From the NCBI GenBank assembly GCA_039587315.1, contig JBDHIS010000005.1, positions 36,965 through 100,964 of the forward strand: DNA of 64,000 nucleotides. Direction: 5' to 3'. This DNA is from Gemmatimonadota bacterium (GTDB lineage Bacteria; Gemmatimonadota; Gemmatimonadetes; Gemmatimonadales; GWC2-71-9). Shown here piece after piece: positions 17,384 to 26,879 of this stretch; position 1 is the first letter of the stretch, and every line of letters starts with the position of its first letter. The translations under genes and the position numbers were made by a program. The notes below the pieces were generated by a model. It was not told the DNA's origin. It did not search any database and worked only from the letters and a program-made list of their open reading frames with translations.

Positions 17384-18216
17384 CGGCGCTCTTCCTCCTT
17401 CTCGCGCTGCAAATGCCGACCTGGACGGTGACTCCGGTCCCGGCGACCGTGGGAGACACCGTTCGGCTCGTGCGCCGTGTTCGAACGGCGCCCGATGTGC
17501 AGGCACGGCTTCGGTCGCTGGACGCTACTGCGCTGGTGGAGCCGCTCAGCGCACCGCGCGCCGCCTACGCCGAAGGCGCACTCACGATTCTCTACACGGT
17601 GGCTCTGTTTGCGCCCGGCGAACACGCCGTGGCGATGCCGGACGCGGAGCTGCTCTACCCGGATGGGCGCGTGGAGACGCTCACGGGTGATACGGTGATG
17701 ATCAACGTGGCGACCGTGCTTCCGGCGGGCGATCCGCTGCCGCCGGCCCTACCCGCCAGAGCGCCGCTCGAGCGCCGGCTGCAAAGATCCATCCCTCTGG
17801 CGGGGCTCGTGCTCGGCGTTCTGGCGTTGGGACTCGGATGGGCTGCGTGGCGCCGCCGTGACCGGCCCCGACCCCGGAGCAGAACGGCATCCGACGTGCG
17901 CCCCGACCCTCCCATCGGCAACTGGATGGAAGCCGGCGAGCCACGGGCTGTCGCCGCCGTGACGGCCGACCGCTTGCGCGCGCACATCGCCAGAGTGGCG
18001 CCGGAGGCGGGACGCCACCTCGACACGGATGAGTGCATCAGCGTGCTGGAGGCTTCGGATCATCCGTTGCCGATGCGGGAGTTGACGGAGGTGCTGCGGT
18101 CGCTGGAGCGGGCACGTTTCTCGCCGGCGGTCCCCAGCGACGTGGTCGAGCTCGTGCAGCGCGCCGAGCGCGTGTCGCGCGAGTTGGAACCGCCTCTGCT
18201 CGAGGAGGTGCTATGA
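17380..18216 (+). CDS. Bat-operon membrane protein (DUF4381-like), unknown function
   Basis: One central TM (IPLAGLVLGVLALGLGWAAW), C-terminal LERARFSP motif as in the small protein between DUF58 and BatA in Bat operons. Overlaps both neighbours by 4 nt. Confidence 0.55.
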   Translation: MTALFLLLALQMPTWTVTPVPATVGDTVRLVRRVRTAPDVQARLRSLDATALVEPLSAPRAAYAEGALTILYTVALFAPGEHAVAMPDAELLYPDGRVETLTGDTVMINVATVLPAGDPLPPALPARAPLERRLQRSIPLAGLVLGVLALGLGWAAWRRRDRPRPRSRTASDVRPDPPIGNWMEAGEPRAVAAVTADRLRAHIARVAPEAGRHLDTDECISVLEASDHPLPMRELTEVLRSLERARFSPAVPSDVVELVQRAERVSRELEPPLLEEVL

Positions 18217-19193
18217 TCTTCGCGCGCCCCCTGGTACTCCTGCTCCTCCTGATCCTGCCTCTCTGGTGGTGGCGCCGCCGCACCCGACCCACACCGGTCG
18301 CGACGTACAGCGACGCCAGGCAGCTCCACGCGGCCCGCTCGCAGCGGCGCTGGTTGGCGGGATTGCCCGCGGCGCTGCGCACGCTGACGCTCGCCGCCTG
18401 GATCGTGGCGGCTGCAGGGCCGGAGTACGGCGTCTCTTCGATGGACACCGAGAGCGAGGGAATCGCCATCGTGCTCGCGGTGGACGTTTCCAGCAGCATG
18501 CTGGCCGAGGACTTCGCGCCGTCCAATCGCCTCGACGTTGCCAAGGAGCAGTCGGTCTCGTTCATCACGGGGCGCGAGTACGACCGCATCGGGCTGGTGT
18601 CCTTCGCCGGCGAGGCACTCACGCGCGTCCCGATCACGGTCGACTACACGGTGCTAGAGCAAGCGGTGCGGGGCCTGCGTGTCGGGGAGCTCGAGGACGG
18701 CACGGCTATCGGCACCGCAATCGGCACGGCGGCGAACCGTCTCAGGCGCGCACCGGGGGCGAGCAAGGTGGTGGTGCTGCTCACCGACGGCGAGAACACG
18801 CGTGGGATGCTCGACCCGCGCACTGCGGCCGAGGCCGCGGCCCAGTTCGGCATCAGGATATACACGGTTGGAGTGGGTACCGAGGGCGAGGCGCCGATGC
18901 CGATCGGGCGGGGCACGCAAGGGCAGCTGCGCTATCAGACGCTGCCCGTGCGAATCGACGAAGAGCTGCTCGAGGACATCGCACAGCTAACCGGCGGACG
19001 CTACTTCCGCGCCACCGACCCTGAGGCCCTGAACCGCATCTTCCAGCAGATCGATCGGCTCGAGAAGACGCCGGTGGTAGTCACGCGCTACACCCAGTAC
19101 AACGAAGCGTTTCACCTGCCTCTCTTCCTCGGGCTGGGCGCGCTCGGCTTCGAGTTGCTGCTCGCCGCTACCATCGTCGTACGGGTGCCGTGA
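18213..19193 (+). CDS. batA: BatA-type vWA-domain membrane protein
   Basis: N-terminal TM MIFARPLVLLLLLILPLWWW, MIDAS DVSSSM, LTDGENT, C-terminal TM. Start trimmed to ATG 18213 (ATGA overlap). Confidence 0.85.
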   Translation: MIFARPLVLLLLLILPLWWWRRRTRPTPVATYSDARQLHAARSQRRWLAGLPAALRTLTLAAWIVAAAGPEYGVSSMDTESEGIAIVLAVDVSSSMLAEDFAPSNRLDVAKEQSVSFITGREYDRIGLVSFAGEALTRVPITVDYTVLEQAVRGLRVGELEDGTAIGTAIGTAANRLRRAPGASKVVVLLTDGENTRGMLDPRTAAEAAAQFGIRIYTVGVGTEGEAPMPIGRGTQGQLRYQTLPVRIDEELLEDIAQLTGGRYFRATDPEALNRIFQQIDRLEKTPVVVTRYTQYNEAFHLPLFLGLGALGFELLLAATIVVRVP

Positions 19194-20812
19194 TGAGCTT
19201 CGACCTGCCTCAACTGCTGTGGCTCGCGCCGGTATTCGGACTCTTGGGTGCGCTGCTCGCGCTGTGGTGCAGGGGGGCGCGCGTGGCGCATGCCCGCAGG
19301 TGGTCGGTGCAATTGGCGGAGCGAGCTGCGCGGTTGGGACGCTCCGGTCCGTGGGTAATTGGTCTCGTTGCGGTGGGCGCCACGCTGGCTATCGCCGGGC
19401 CGCGCTGGGGGAGCCGGGTGGTCGTGGCGGAAACCAAGGGGCTGAATCTGGTCATCGCGCTCGATATCTCGCGCTCGATGCTCGCGGAGGACGTACCGCC
19501 GTCGCGACTGGAGCGCTCCAAGCGGCAGGCCCGCCGGCTGGTCCACGATTTGGGTGGCGATCGCATCGGACTCGTGGCGTTTGCGGGGCAGAGCTTCACG
19601 CTCTCACCGCTCACGGTGGACGGTGGCGCGCTCAACCTGCTGATCGAGGCGATGGACCCCGAGCTCACGAGCGCCGCCGGCACCGGGCTCGCAGCGGCAC
19701 TCGAACGCGGGCGCGAGTTGCTATTCGCCGGTGATCCCGTCGCCGATCGGGTACTGGTCGTGTTCACAGATGGAGAGGCGCACGACTCGCTGACGCCGAT
19801 CCTGGAAGCTGCGGAGCGGTTGCGCCGCGAGAGAGTGCGTTTGGTGCTGGTGGCCGAAGGCGGGGTCGAGCCGGTGCCGATACCGGTGCGCGATCTGGAC
19901 GGTACAATGACGGGCTACCAGCGCGACCCGATGGGGGAGATTGTCGCCACCGCCCGCCGCGACGACATACTCACAGCCGTTGCCGATGCAGCCCAGGGAG
20001 TTCTGGTTGCGGCGCAGCTCGCGGACCAGGCGGGCGCGGTGCGCGACCTCGTCTCGGCCTACAAGCGCTCACCGCAGGCCACGTCCACCGCGGCGCAGGA
20101 CATCTCGCGCGCGTGGATCCCACTCCTGATCGCCACCGTGATCCTGCTCGCGCACACGTTCACGCGGCGCTCGATGGCGCTCATCTCGCTGATGCTGCTC
20201 CTGGCCAGTGGTGGGGTCGCGAACGCGCAGGGACCGCGCAACCTGGGTGACGAGGCGTGGGCTCGAGGCGACTTCGCGGAGGCCGCGGCGCACTACTTGG
20301 TGCAGGTGCGTGCTGGCGAGGGTGGTGACACGACCTACTACAACCTCGGCACCGCCGCCCTCGCCGCCAACGACACTGCGCTTGCGCGGCGCGCGTTGGA
20401 GCGCGCCGCGGAATCGTTGGAGCCGGATCTGCGGTTCCGCGCCCTCTACAATCTGGGATTGCTGCACCTCCACCTGGCCGACCAGGACAGCTCCCAGGCC
20501 GCGGCGCACATCGAGGCGGCGGCGCGCAGCTACCGGGAGGCGCTGTTGCTGCGGCCGCATGACGATGCCGCCAAGTGGAACATGGAACTCACGATCCGCC
20601 GTATGCCGCCCCCTCCAAGCGGCGGGCAGCCGCCGCCGGGCGGTGGGGAAGGCGGCGCGCCCCCGCCTGAGGCGCCGCCGCCGCCGCAGGGCCTCTCGGC
20701 CGCGCAGGCGCAGCAGATCCTCAACTCCATGGCCGACGAGGAACGGCGCACCAGGGCGCGCCAACTCGGCCAGCGCCAGCGTCGCGAGACGCGGGGGCAC
20801 AAGGAGTGGTAA
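19193..20812 (+). CDS. batB: BatB-type vWA protein fused to BatC-like TPR domain
   Basis: MIDAS DISRSM, VFTDGEAHD, central TM, then TPR-like repeats (YYNLGTAALA, LYNLGLLHLHLAD), a Pro-rich segment and a basic tail. Start ATG 19193 or GTG 19190. Confidence 0.8.
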   Translation: MSFDLPQLLWLAPVFGLLGALLALWCRGARVAHARRWSVQLAERAARLGRSGPWVIGLVAVGATLAIAGPRWGSRVVVAETKGLNLVIALDISRSMLAEDVPPSRLERSKRQARRLVHDLGGDRIGLVAFAGQSFTLSPLTVDGGALNLLIEAMDPELTSAAGTGLAAALERGRELLFAGDPVADRVLVVFTDGEAHDSLTPILEAAERLRRERVRLVLVAEGGVEPVPIPVRDLDGTMTGYQRDPMGEIVATARRDDILTAVADAAQGVLVAAQLADQAGAVRDLVSAYKRSPQATSTAAQDISRAWIPLLIATVILLAHTFTRRSMALISLMLLLASGGVANAQGPRNLGDEAWARGDFAEAAAHYLVQVRAGEGGDTTYYNLGTAALAANDTALARRALERAAESLEPDLRFRALYNLGLLHLHLADQDSSQAAAHIEAAARSYREALLLRPHDDAAKWNMELTIRRMPPPPSGGQPPPGGGEGGAPPPEAPPPPQGLSAAQAQQILNSMADEERRTRARQLGQRQRRETRGHKEW

Positions 20813-23154
20813 CGCTCCTCCTCGCGACCGCTCTGCTGCTGCAGCAGCAGGTAGAGGTCCGCGTGCAGGTCGACCGCCAGGAGGTCATGGTCGGGGAGGA
20901 GATCGTTCTCACGATTACGGTGGAGGCGCACGCTGGTCCGGCGCCCGTGGAGATCGACGATCCGGATCTAACCGGACTCGAGCTCAGGAACTCGCGCGAT
21001 CAGACCAGGGTCAGCATGCAAGACGGAGCGGCAACTCGGATAACGACGCGCCAGATCACGCTGCGCACGCTCCGTCCCGGCACGGCCACGATCGGACCGG
21101 TGCGAGTGCGCCAGGGGGAGGAGAGCGCCCAGACTCAACCCATCGATATCCGCGTCAATGCACCGGCGTCTGATGTCGGTACCGGCCTGGAGGACGCAAT
21201 AGACGCGCTGGTTCGCTCGGCGCCCGCTCCGAGTTTGTCACCCGACGAGGTGATCCTCTCGGTGATGCTGTCCTCGGAGTCGGTCGTCTTGGGCTCGCAA
21301 GTGGATCTCGTCGTCGTCGCGTGGTTCCCGCGTGAGGTGCGCAGCCGTCTGCGCAACCCACCAACGCTCGAGGCGCCGGCGCTGCGCGGTGCCTGGACGT
21401 ATGATCGCCCTGCGCCGACCGGGATCGTGGCGTCCCGTCAGGTTGGCGGCGTGTGGTACGATCTCTTCGCGCTCCACGAGGTCGTCTTCCCCCTGGCGGC
21501 CGGATCCATGGAGATCGGATCGGCCACCGTCTCCTACAGCTTGCCGGTGTCTTCTTCGTTCCTGAGTCGCGAGCTCAGGCACGAGGTGCAGAGTGAGCCG
21601 TTCGAGATCGCCGTGACCCCGCAGCCTAGAGCGAGAGCAGCCAGAGGATACCAGGGCGCCGCCGGCAGGGCGCTGGACTTCCAGGTGGACGTTCCTCCCG
21701 GTGAGCTTCGCCTCGGCGACGCTGCGATGGTGTACGCGACGCTCAGTGGGCGCGGCAACGTGGCGCTGTGGCCCGAGCCGCCACTCGACTGGCCGGTAGG
21801 TCTCCGAGCCTACCCACAGGAGATCGAGGTCAACCTGAACAGTGAAAACGGCCTGGTCGGCGGGTCCAAGACGTTCGCTTACATGGTCGTTGCCGACTCG
21901 GCCGGCACGCATCGAATACCACCACCCCGCTACACCTACTTCGACGTAGCCGATGGTCGGTATGTGGAGTTGCGGGTCGCGCCAATCGAGTTCGTCACGC
22001 CGAGCCGGAGAGCGGGCCTCACACCGGTGGAGACGGTGCAACCGCTGGTGGCCGCGACTCGCTACTCGGCGGAGGGACTCGTCGCCGGCATCCCTCTCTG
22101 GGGGTGGATCCTGGTCATCGTGCTGCCGCCGCTGATCGTTCTCGCGATGCGTGTCGAGATGCACGTTCCACGACCGACTCCGCGGCGACGAAGGACCCGG
22201 CAGGGTGGCGAGACTGGAGCCGGGTTGCAGGCGCTCGAATCCGAGTTCCGTGGAGTGCTCGAGGGGCTCGTGCCGACCGCGCGACACAAGGCTTCCGAAG
22301 GATTGGCCGCGGCGCTGCGCGCCGCCGGAGTCGAGGCATCGCTCGCGGCCCACGCGGCCAGGGTGCGGGACCGGTTGCGGCAGGCGCTGTACGGGCCCGA
22401 GGGGTCGACCGATCCGGACGAGTTGACTGCGGAGGTTCAGGAAGTGTTGCGCGCCCTCGTGGGCGGAACCCGAAAGGTGCGTGCGACGCCGGGCGTGGTG
22501 CTGGTGCTGTTGCTTCTCTGTGGCGTTGCGGGCGCGGTCCGGGCGCAGTCGGCCGAGCGACTCTATGATGCCGGCGCCGTTCGGCCGGCCGCCGACAGCT
22601 TCGCGTACCGCGCCGCGCAGGATCCACTGACGGCCGCCCACTGGTACAATTCAGGCGCCGCGCTGAACCGGCTCGGTGAAAACGTGCGTGCGCGTGCAGC
22701 GTGGCTACGTGCCGCCCGGTTGGCACCGCGAGACGAGACAATCACGCGGGCCCTCGATGGGACCACGCCGCCGGACGCGAGCCCCCGCGGCTTCACCTGG
22801 ATATCGCCGATAACCCCCGCCGAAGCGCTTCTGATCGCGGCAGCACTCTGGATGTTCGCCTGGTTCCTGCTCGCCGCTCGAGTGCGTCTGCGTCACGTGG
22901 CGCCGCTGCTGCTCGTCGCACTCATCGTGGCGGCCTATGGTAACGCCGTCACGAGGCGCTACGCGCGCCCGCTCGCTTTGGTGATGCTCGACGAGACGCC
23001 GCTCAGGGCGGCACCGTTCGGGTCGGCGGAGGCCGCACGCGAGCTGGGCCGTGGCGTGGCCGTATTGATCGAGGGTGAGCGCGGCCCGTGGGTGCTTGCC
23101 ACCGACGGGGTCAGGCGTGGTTGGCTGCTCCGCACCGAGGTAGTCCTGCCCTGA
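20806..23154 (+). CDS. batD: BatD-like protein fused to BatE-like TPR + SH3 region
   Basis: 782 aa; BatD-like repeated beta-rich N-terminal two-thirds, TM helices, TPR segment (HWYNSGAALNRLGENVRA), C-terminal SH3-like ...GERGPWVLATDGVRRGWLLRTEVV. Confidence 0.7.
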   Translation: MVTLLLATALLLQQQVEVRVQVDRQEVMVGEEIVLTITVEAHAGPAPVEIDDPDLTGLELRNSRDQTRVSMQDGAATRITTRQITLRTLRPGTATIGPVRVRQGEESAQTQPIDIRVNAPASDVGTGLEDAIDALVRSAPAPSLSPDEVILSVMLSSESVVLGSQVDLVVVAWFPREVRSRLRNPPTLEAPALRGAWTYDRPAPTGIVASRQVGGVWYDLFALHEVVFPLAAGSMEIGSATVSYSLPVSSSFLSRELRHEVQSEPFEIAVTPQPRARAARGYQGAAGRALDFQVDVPPGELRLGDAAMVYATLSGRGNVALWPEPPLDWPVGLRAYPQEIEVNLNSENGLVGGSKTFAYMVVADSAGTHRIPPPRYTYFDVADGRYVELRVAPIEFVTPSRRAGLTPVETVQPLVAATRYSAEGLVAGIPLWGWILVIVLPPLIVLAMRVEMHVPRPTPRRRRTRQGGETGAGLQALESEFRGVLEGLVPTARHKASEGLAAALRAAGVEASLAAHAARVRDRLRQALYGPEGSTDPDELTAEVQEVLRALVGGTRKVRATPGVVLVLLLLCGVAGAVRAQSAERLYDAGAVRPAADSFAYRAAQDPLTAAHWYNSGAALNRLGENVRARAAWLRAARLAPRDETITRALDGTTPPDASPRGFTWISPITPAEALLIAAALWMFAWFLLAARVRLRHVAPLLLVALIVAAYGNAVTRRYARPLALVMLDETPLRAAPFGSAEAARELGRGVAVLIEGERGPWVLATDGVRRGWLLRTEVVLP

Positions 23155-24845
23155 TGGGACGTATCAAGATCCTCCCCACGGTCGTGATCGATCAGATCGC
23201 GGCTGGTGAGGTCGTGGAGCGACCGGCGTCTGTCGTGAAGGAGTTGGTCGAGAACGCGCTCGATGCTGGAGCCACGGCCGTCACGGTCGAACTGGAGGAT
23301 GGCGGCCGCGCCCTGGTCCGCGTGAGCGACGACGGCGCGGGAATGGACCGCGACGATGCGGTGCTGGCAGTGGACAGGCACGCGACGTCAAAGATCCGCA
23401 CGGCGCCGGATCTGGTGGGCGTGGCGACCTACGGGTTTCGAGGGGAGGCGCTGGCTTCGATAGCCGCCGTGTCCAGCTTCGAACTCGAGACGGCTACAGC
23501 TGACGGCGGCACGCGGATCAGCGTCAAAGGGGGGCGGCTCGACCGGGTGGACGAGGTGGCCCGAGCGCGGGGGACTACCGTCACGGTGCGGCGCCTCTTC
23601 TCCAATACGCCGGCTCGCCGGAAGTTCCTGCGCGCCCGGCGCAGTGAAACGCGGGCGGCGGTCGAGGCCCTGACAGTGCTCGCGCTCGCCCGCCTCGACG
23701 TGTCGTTCCGCCTCACCAGCGACGGTCGCACGCTGCTCGACGCGCCACGAGAGTCCAGCGTCGCAGAGCGGATCGCGGCGCTGTTCGGTCGCAACCTCGC
23801 CGACCAACTTGTCCCGGTGGAGTACAACACGGATTACGTGTCGGTGCGCGGGCTGGTGCAGCGACCATCCGACGCGAGGCCCAGCGGCCGCAAGGCACAT
23901 CTCTTCGTGAACGGACGGCCGTTTCGCGATCATTTCGTCGTGCGCGCCGCCGAGGCAGGGTATCGCGCCACGATCCCAGCCGGAATGCGTCCCTCCCTCT
24001 TTCTGGCGATCGGGGTCCCCGGCGACCGTGTGGATGTGAACGTGCATCCGGCCAAGCTGGAGGTGCGCTTCCGAGACAAGCGGTTGGTGGAGCGCGTGGT
24101 AGAGGAAGCGGTGCGGGAGAGCCTCGGGCCGATAGCGGCCGCGGCCGCTGTGGCGGAGCCGGCGCCCGGGTTCGACGTGGGTGAAGCTCCGGTCGAGCAG
24201 GGCGTCTCCTGGGAGGCCGCCGGAACTGGGGCTCGGCAGGAAGTACTGTTCGCCGCCGCGCCTGAGCAGGAGGGAACTCCCTCGGCACTGCTCCAACTCT
24301 TCAACACGTACATCGTGTTCGAGACGCCTGAAGGCATGGTCGTCGTGGACCAGCACTCGGCGCACGAGCGCATCCTGTACGAGGGGGCGATGACCGAGCT
24401 CTCCGGCGGCGAAGCCGGAGGGCAGCGTCTGCTGCTTCCGGTGACAGTGGATCTCACGCCCGAGGAGCTGGAGGCCGTGGAAGCGCACACCGACCTCTTG
24501 AACCGGGTGGGCTACGAAGTCGAGCCCTTCGGTGGTCGCTCGGTCGTGCTCCACGCGGTGCCCAACCCGCATCCCCGGTTCGACGCGCAGCGTTGCTTCG
24601 AGGAGCTCGCAACCGACCTTGCACGGGGCCGGCTCGGAGGAATTGCCAACCGGCTCGAGCGGTTCGCGGCGATGTACGGCTGTAGGGCGGCGGTAATGGC
24701 GGGGCACGGGCTCAGCCCGGTCGAGATGCGGGAACTGGTGCGCCGGCTGCTCGCCTGCGACCTCCCGCCGCACGACGTGCACGGACGCCCAGCGCTCGTC
24801 ACACTCTCCCGGACGGAGCTGGAACGCCGCTTTGGACGATCGTAA
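23154..24845 (+). CDS. mutL: DNA mismatch repair protein MutL
   Basis: IDQIAAGEVVERPASVVKELVENALDAG GHKL ATPase N-terminus, GFRGEAL. C-terminal domain with QHSAHERILYE. Start trimmed to MGRIKIL. Confidence 0.9.
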   Translation: MGRIKILPTVVIDQIAAGEVVERPASVVKELVENALDAGATAVTVELEDGGRALVRVSDDGAGMDRDDAVLAVDRHATSKIRTAPDLVGVATYGFRGEALASIAAVSSFELETATADGGTRISVKGGRLDRVDEVARARGTTVTVRRLFSNTPARRKFLRARRSETRAAVEALTVLALARLDVSFRLTSDGRTLLDAPRESSVAERIAALFGRNLADQLVPVEYNTDYVSVRGLVQRPSDARPSGRKAHLFVNGRPFRDHFVVRAAEAGYRATIPAGMRPSLFLAIGVPGDRVDVNVHPAKLEVRFRDKRLVERVVEEAVRESLGPIAAAAAVAEPAPGFDVGEAPVEQGVSWEAAGTGARQEVLFAAAPEQEGTPSALLQLFNTYIVFETPEGMVVVDQHSAHERILYEGAMTELSGGEAGGQRLLLPVTVDLTPEELEAVEAHTDLLNRVGYEVEPFGGRSVVLHAVPNPHPRFDAQRCFEELATDLARGRLGGIANRLERFAAMYGCRAAVMAGHGLSPVEMRELVRRLLACDLPPHDVHGRPALVTLSRTELERRFGRS

Positions 24846-25755
24846 GCCCCTCGTACCGGTGATCGTCGGCCCGACTGCTGTGGGGAAGACGGCAGTCGTG
24901 CTCGCCTTGGCGGCGCGCTGGCCCGTGACGGTGATTTCCGCGGACTCTCGGCAGATCTACAGGGGGCTCGACGTCGGAACCGCCAAGCCCACCGCGAAAG
25001 AGCGGCGGGAGGTCCCGCACCTGGGTGTCGACCTCGTGGAACCCGGAGAGCGCTACAGCGCGGGGCGGTTCGCCGCCGAGGCGGCGGGGTGGCTCAGCGA
25101 CCTCGCACCGTCACGACAACCCGTCGTCGTGGGAGGGACCGGCTTCTACGTGCGCGCGCTGACGGACGGACTGTTCCGCGAGCCACCGCTGCCGGCGGAG
25201 CGGCGCGAGCGGTTGCGCGGCTGGTCCAGGGGGGCGGAGGGGCTCGCGCGCTGGGCGGCGCGCCTCGACCCGGGGTACAGCGGTGGCGGGAGACAGCGGG
25301 CGGCCCGCTACGTGGAGGTTGCGCTGCTGACCGGACGACCGCTCTCGTGGTGGCAGGTCAAAGCCAAGGCGGAGGGGGTGATGCGTCCGTGGTACGTACG
25401 GCTCACCGCGCCTCGCGCCGTGCTCAGCCAGCGTATCGAGGAGCGCGTTGAGCGGATGCTCGATGCAGGGTTCGTTGCGGAGGTGCGCCGGCTGCTGGAC
25501 CGCGGTGTCGCTCCCGACGCGGCCGGACTCGACGGTGTGGGGTATCGTGAGGTGGTGCGGCACCTGGCGGGCGAGTTGCCGGAGCAGGAGCTGGCGGAGG
25601 CGATCGCGAGGTCCACGCGGCGCTACGCGAAGCGACAGGAGACCTGGTTTCGGCACCAGTTGGCCGGTCATCCCGTAGTAACCTTGGATGCCACCGATGC
25701 GCCGGACGTGCTGGCGCGGGAAATCATGCAGCTGTGGGAGGAACGAGGCGACTGA
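24832..25755 (+). CDS. miaA: tRNA dimethylallyltransferase
   Basis: P-loop GPTAVGKT, DSRQIYRGLDVGTAKP, GGTGFYVRAL. Confidence 0.9.
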   Translation: MDDRKPLVPVIVGPTAVGKTAVVLALAARWPVTVISADSRQIYRGLDVGTAKPTAKERREVPHLGVDLVEPGERYSAGRFAAEAAGWLSDLAPSRQPVVVGGTGFYVRALTDGLFREPPLPAERRERLRGWSRGAEGLARWAARLDPGYSGGGRQRAARYVEVALLTGRPLSWWQVKAKAEGVMRPWYVRLTAPRAVLSQRIEERVERMLDAGFVAEVRRLLDRGVAPDAAGLDGVGYREVVRHLAGELPEQELAEAIARSTRRYAKRQETWFRHQLAGHPVVTLDATDAPDVLAREIMQLWEERGD

Positions 25756-26879
25756 TGCGAATCGGCATCACCTGTTATCCGACATATGGCGGGTCCGGCG
25801 CAGTGGGTACGGAACTGGGCCTGGCACTCGCGCGGCGGGGGCACGAGATCCACTTCATTTCCTATGCGTCTCCGTTCCGGCTGCGCGGCTTCACGGAGCG
25901 CGTGTACTTCCACGAAGTCGACCTTACGGCCACGTATCCGCTGCTGGAGTACTTCCCGTACTCGCTGGCGCTGGCGGTCACGCAGGAAGAGGTGGCCTTA
26001 CGCGAGGAGCTGGACATTCTGCACGTGCATTACGCGGTACCGCACGCGACCGCCGCGTTCCTCGCGCGGGAAATGGTGCGGGAGCATCGCGACCTGCAGG
26101 TGGTCACCACGCTCCACGGAACGGACATCACGCTGGTAGGCAGGGAGCGTGCCTTCTTTACCGTGACCAAGTTCTCGATCGAGCGCTCCGATGCTGTCAC
26201 GGCGGTCTCTGAGTACCTGCGGGAGGAGACCTACAGCGCGTTCGGATGCCAACACTGCGGCATCGAGGTGATCCCGAACTTCGTGAACCTGAAGGAGTAT
26301 TTCCCGTCCGACGACCCGCAGTGTCGGGCGGTGTTTGCACCGGCAGGCACCAAGGTACTGATGCACGTGTCCAACTTCCGCGAGGTGAAGCGGGTTCCCG
26401 ACGTGGTGCGCATGTTCGCGAAGGTGCGCGAGCGGATTCCATCCGTGCTCGTGCTGATCGGGGACGGGCCGGAGCGGCAGGCAACCGAAGCCGAGGCCGA
26501 GCGACTGGGGGTGAGCGAGCACGTGCAGTTCCTCGGCAAGGTCGACGCGGTCGCCGAGTGTCTGCGCGCGGCGGACCTGTTCGTGCTGCCCAGCTCTTCG
26601 GAGTCCTTCGGACTCAGCGCGTTGGAGGCGATGGCGTGCGGGGCGCCGGTCGTGGCGAGTCGCGTAGGCGGGATTTCCGAGGTCGTGACGGACGGTGAGA
26701 CCGGAACGCTGGTACCCGTCGGCGACGTGGACGCCATGGCCGGGGCGGCGATGGAGCTGCTTGCGCCGGCGCGGTGGGCGGAGGCGCGCGCGGCTGCCGT
26801 CCAGCGATCGCAGGATTTTTCGGCCGAAAAGATAGTACCTCTATATGAAGCGCTTTACGCCCGGGTGATCGAGAAGTGA
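25755..26879 (+). CDS. bshA: GT4 glycosyltransferase, BshA-type (N-acetyl-alpha-D-glucosaminyl L-malate synthase)
   Basis: MRIGITCYPTYGGSGAVGTELGLALARRGHEIHFISYASPFRL closely parallels the BshA N-terminus as I recall it. GT4 E..G....EAMA motif (ESFGLSALEAMACG). Confidence 0.75.
   Translation: MRIGITCYPTYGGSGAVGTELGLALARRGHEIHFISYASPFRLRGFTERVYFHEVDLTATYPLLEYFPYSLALAVTQEEVALREELDILHVHYAVPHATAAFLAREMVREHRDLQVVTTLHGTDITLVGRERAFFTVTKFSIERSDAVTAVSEYLREETYSAFGCQHCGIEVIPNFVNLKEYFPSDDPQCRAVFAPAGTKVLMHVSNFREVKRVPDVVRMFAKVRERIPSVLVLIGDGPERQATEAEAERLGVSEHVQFLGKVDAVAECLRAADLFVLPSSSESFGLSALEAMACGAPVVASRVGGISEVVTDGETGTLVPVGDVDAMAGAAMELLAPARWAEARAAAVQRSQDFSAEKIVPLYEALYARVIEK

Noticed and set aside
18690-18730. 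Apparent 12-nt tandem duplication encoding GTAIGTAIGTA in BatA.
   Set aside because: It aligns with the normal vWA MIDAS-adjacent GTAIGxAIxxA motif, so it is a conserved sequence feature rather than a recent duplication.
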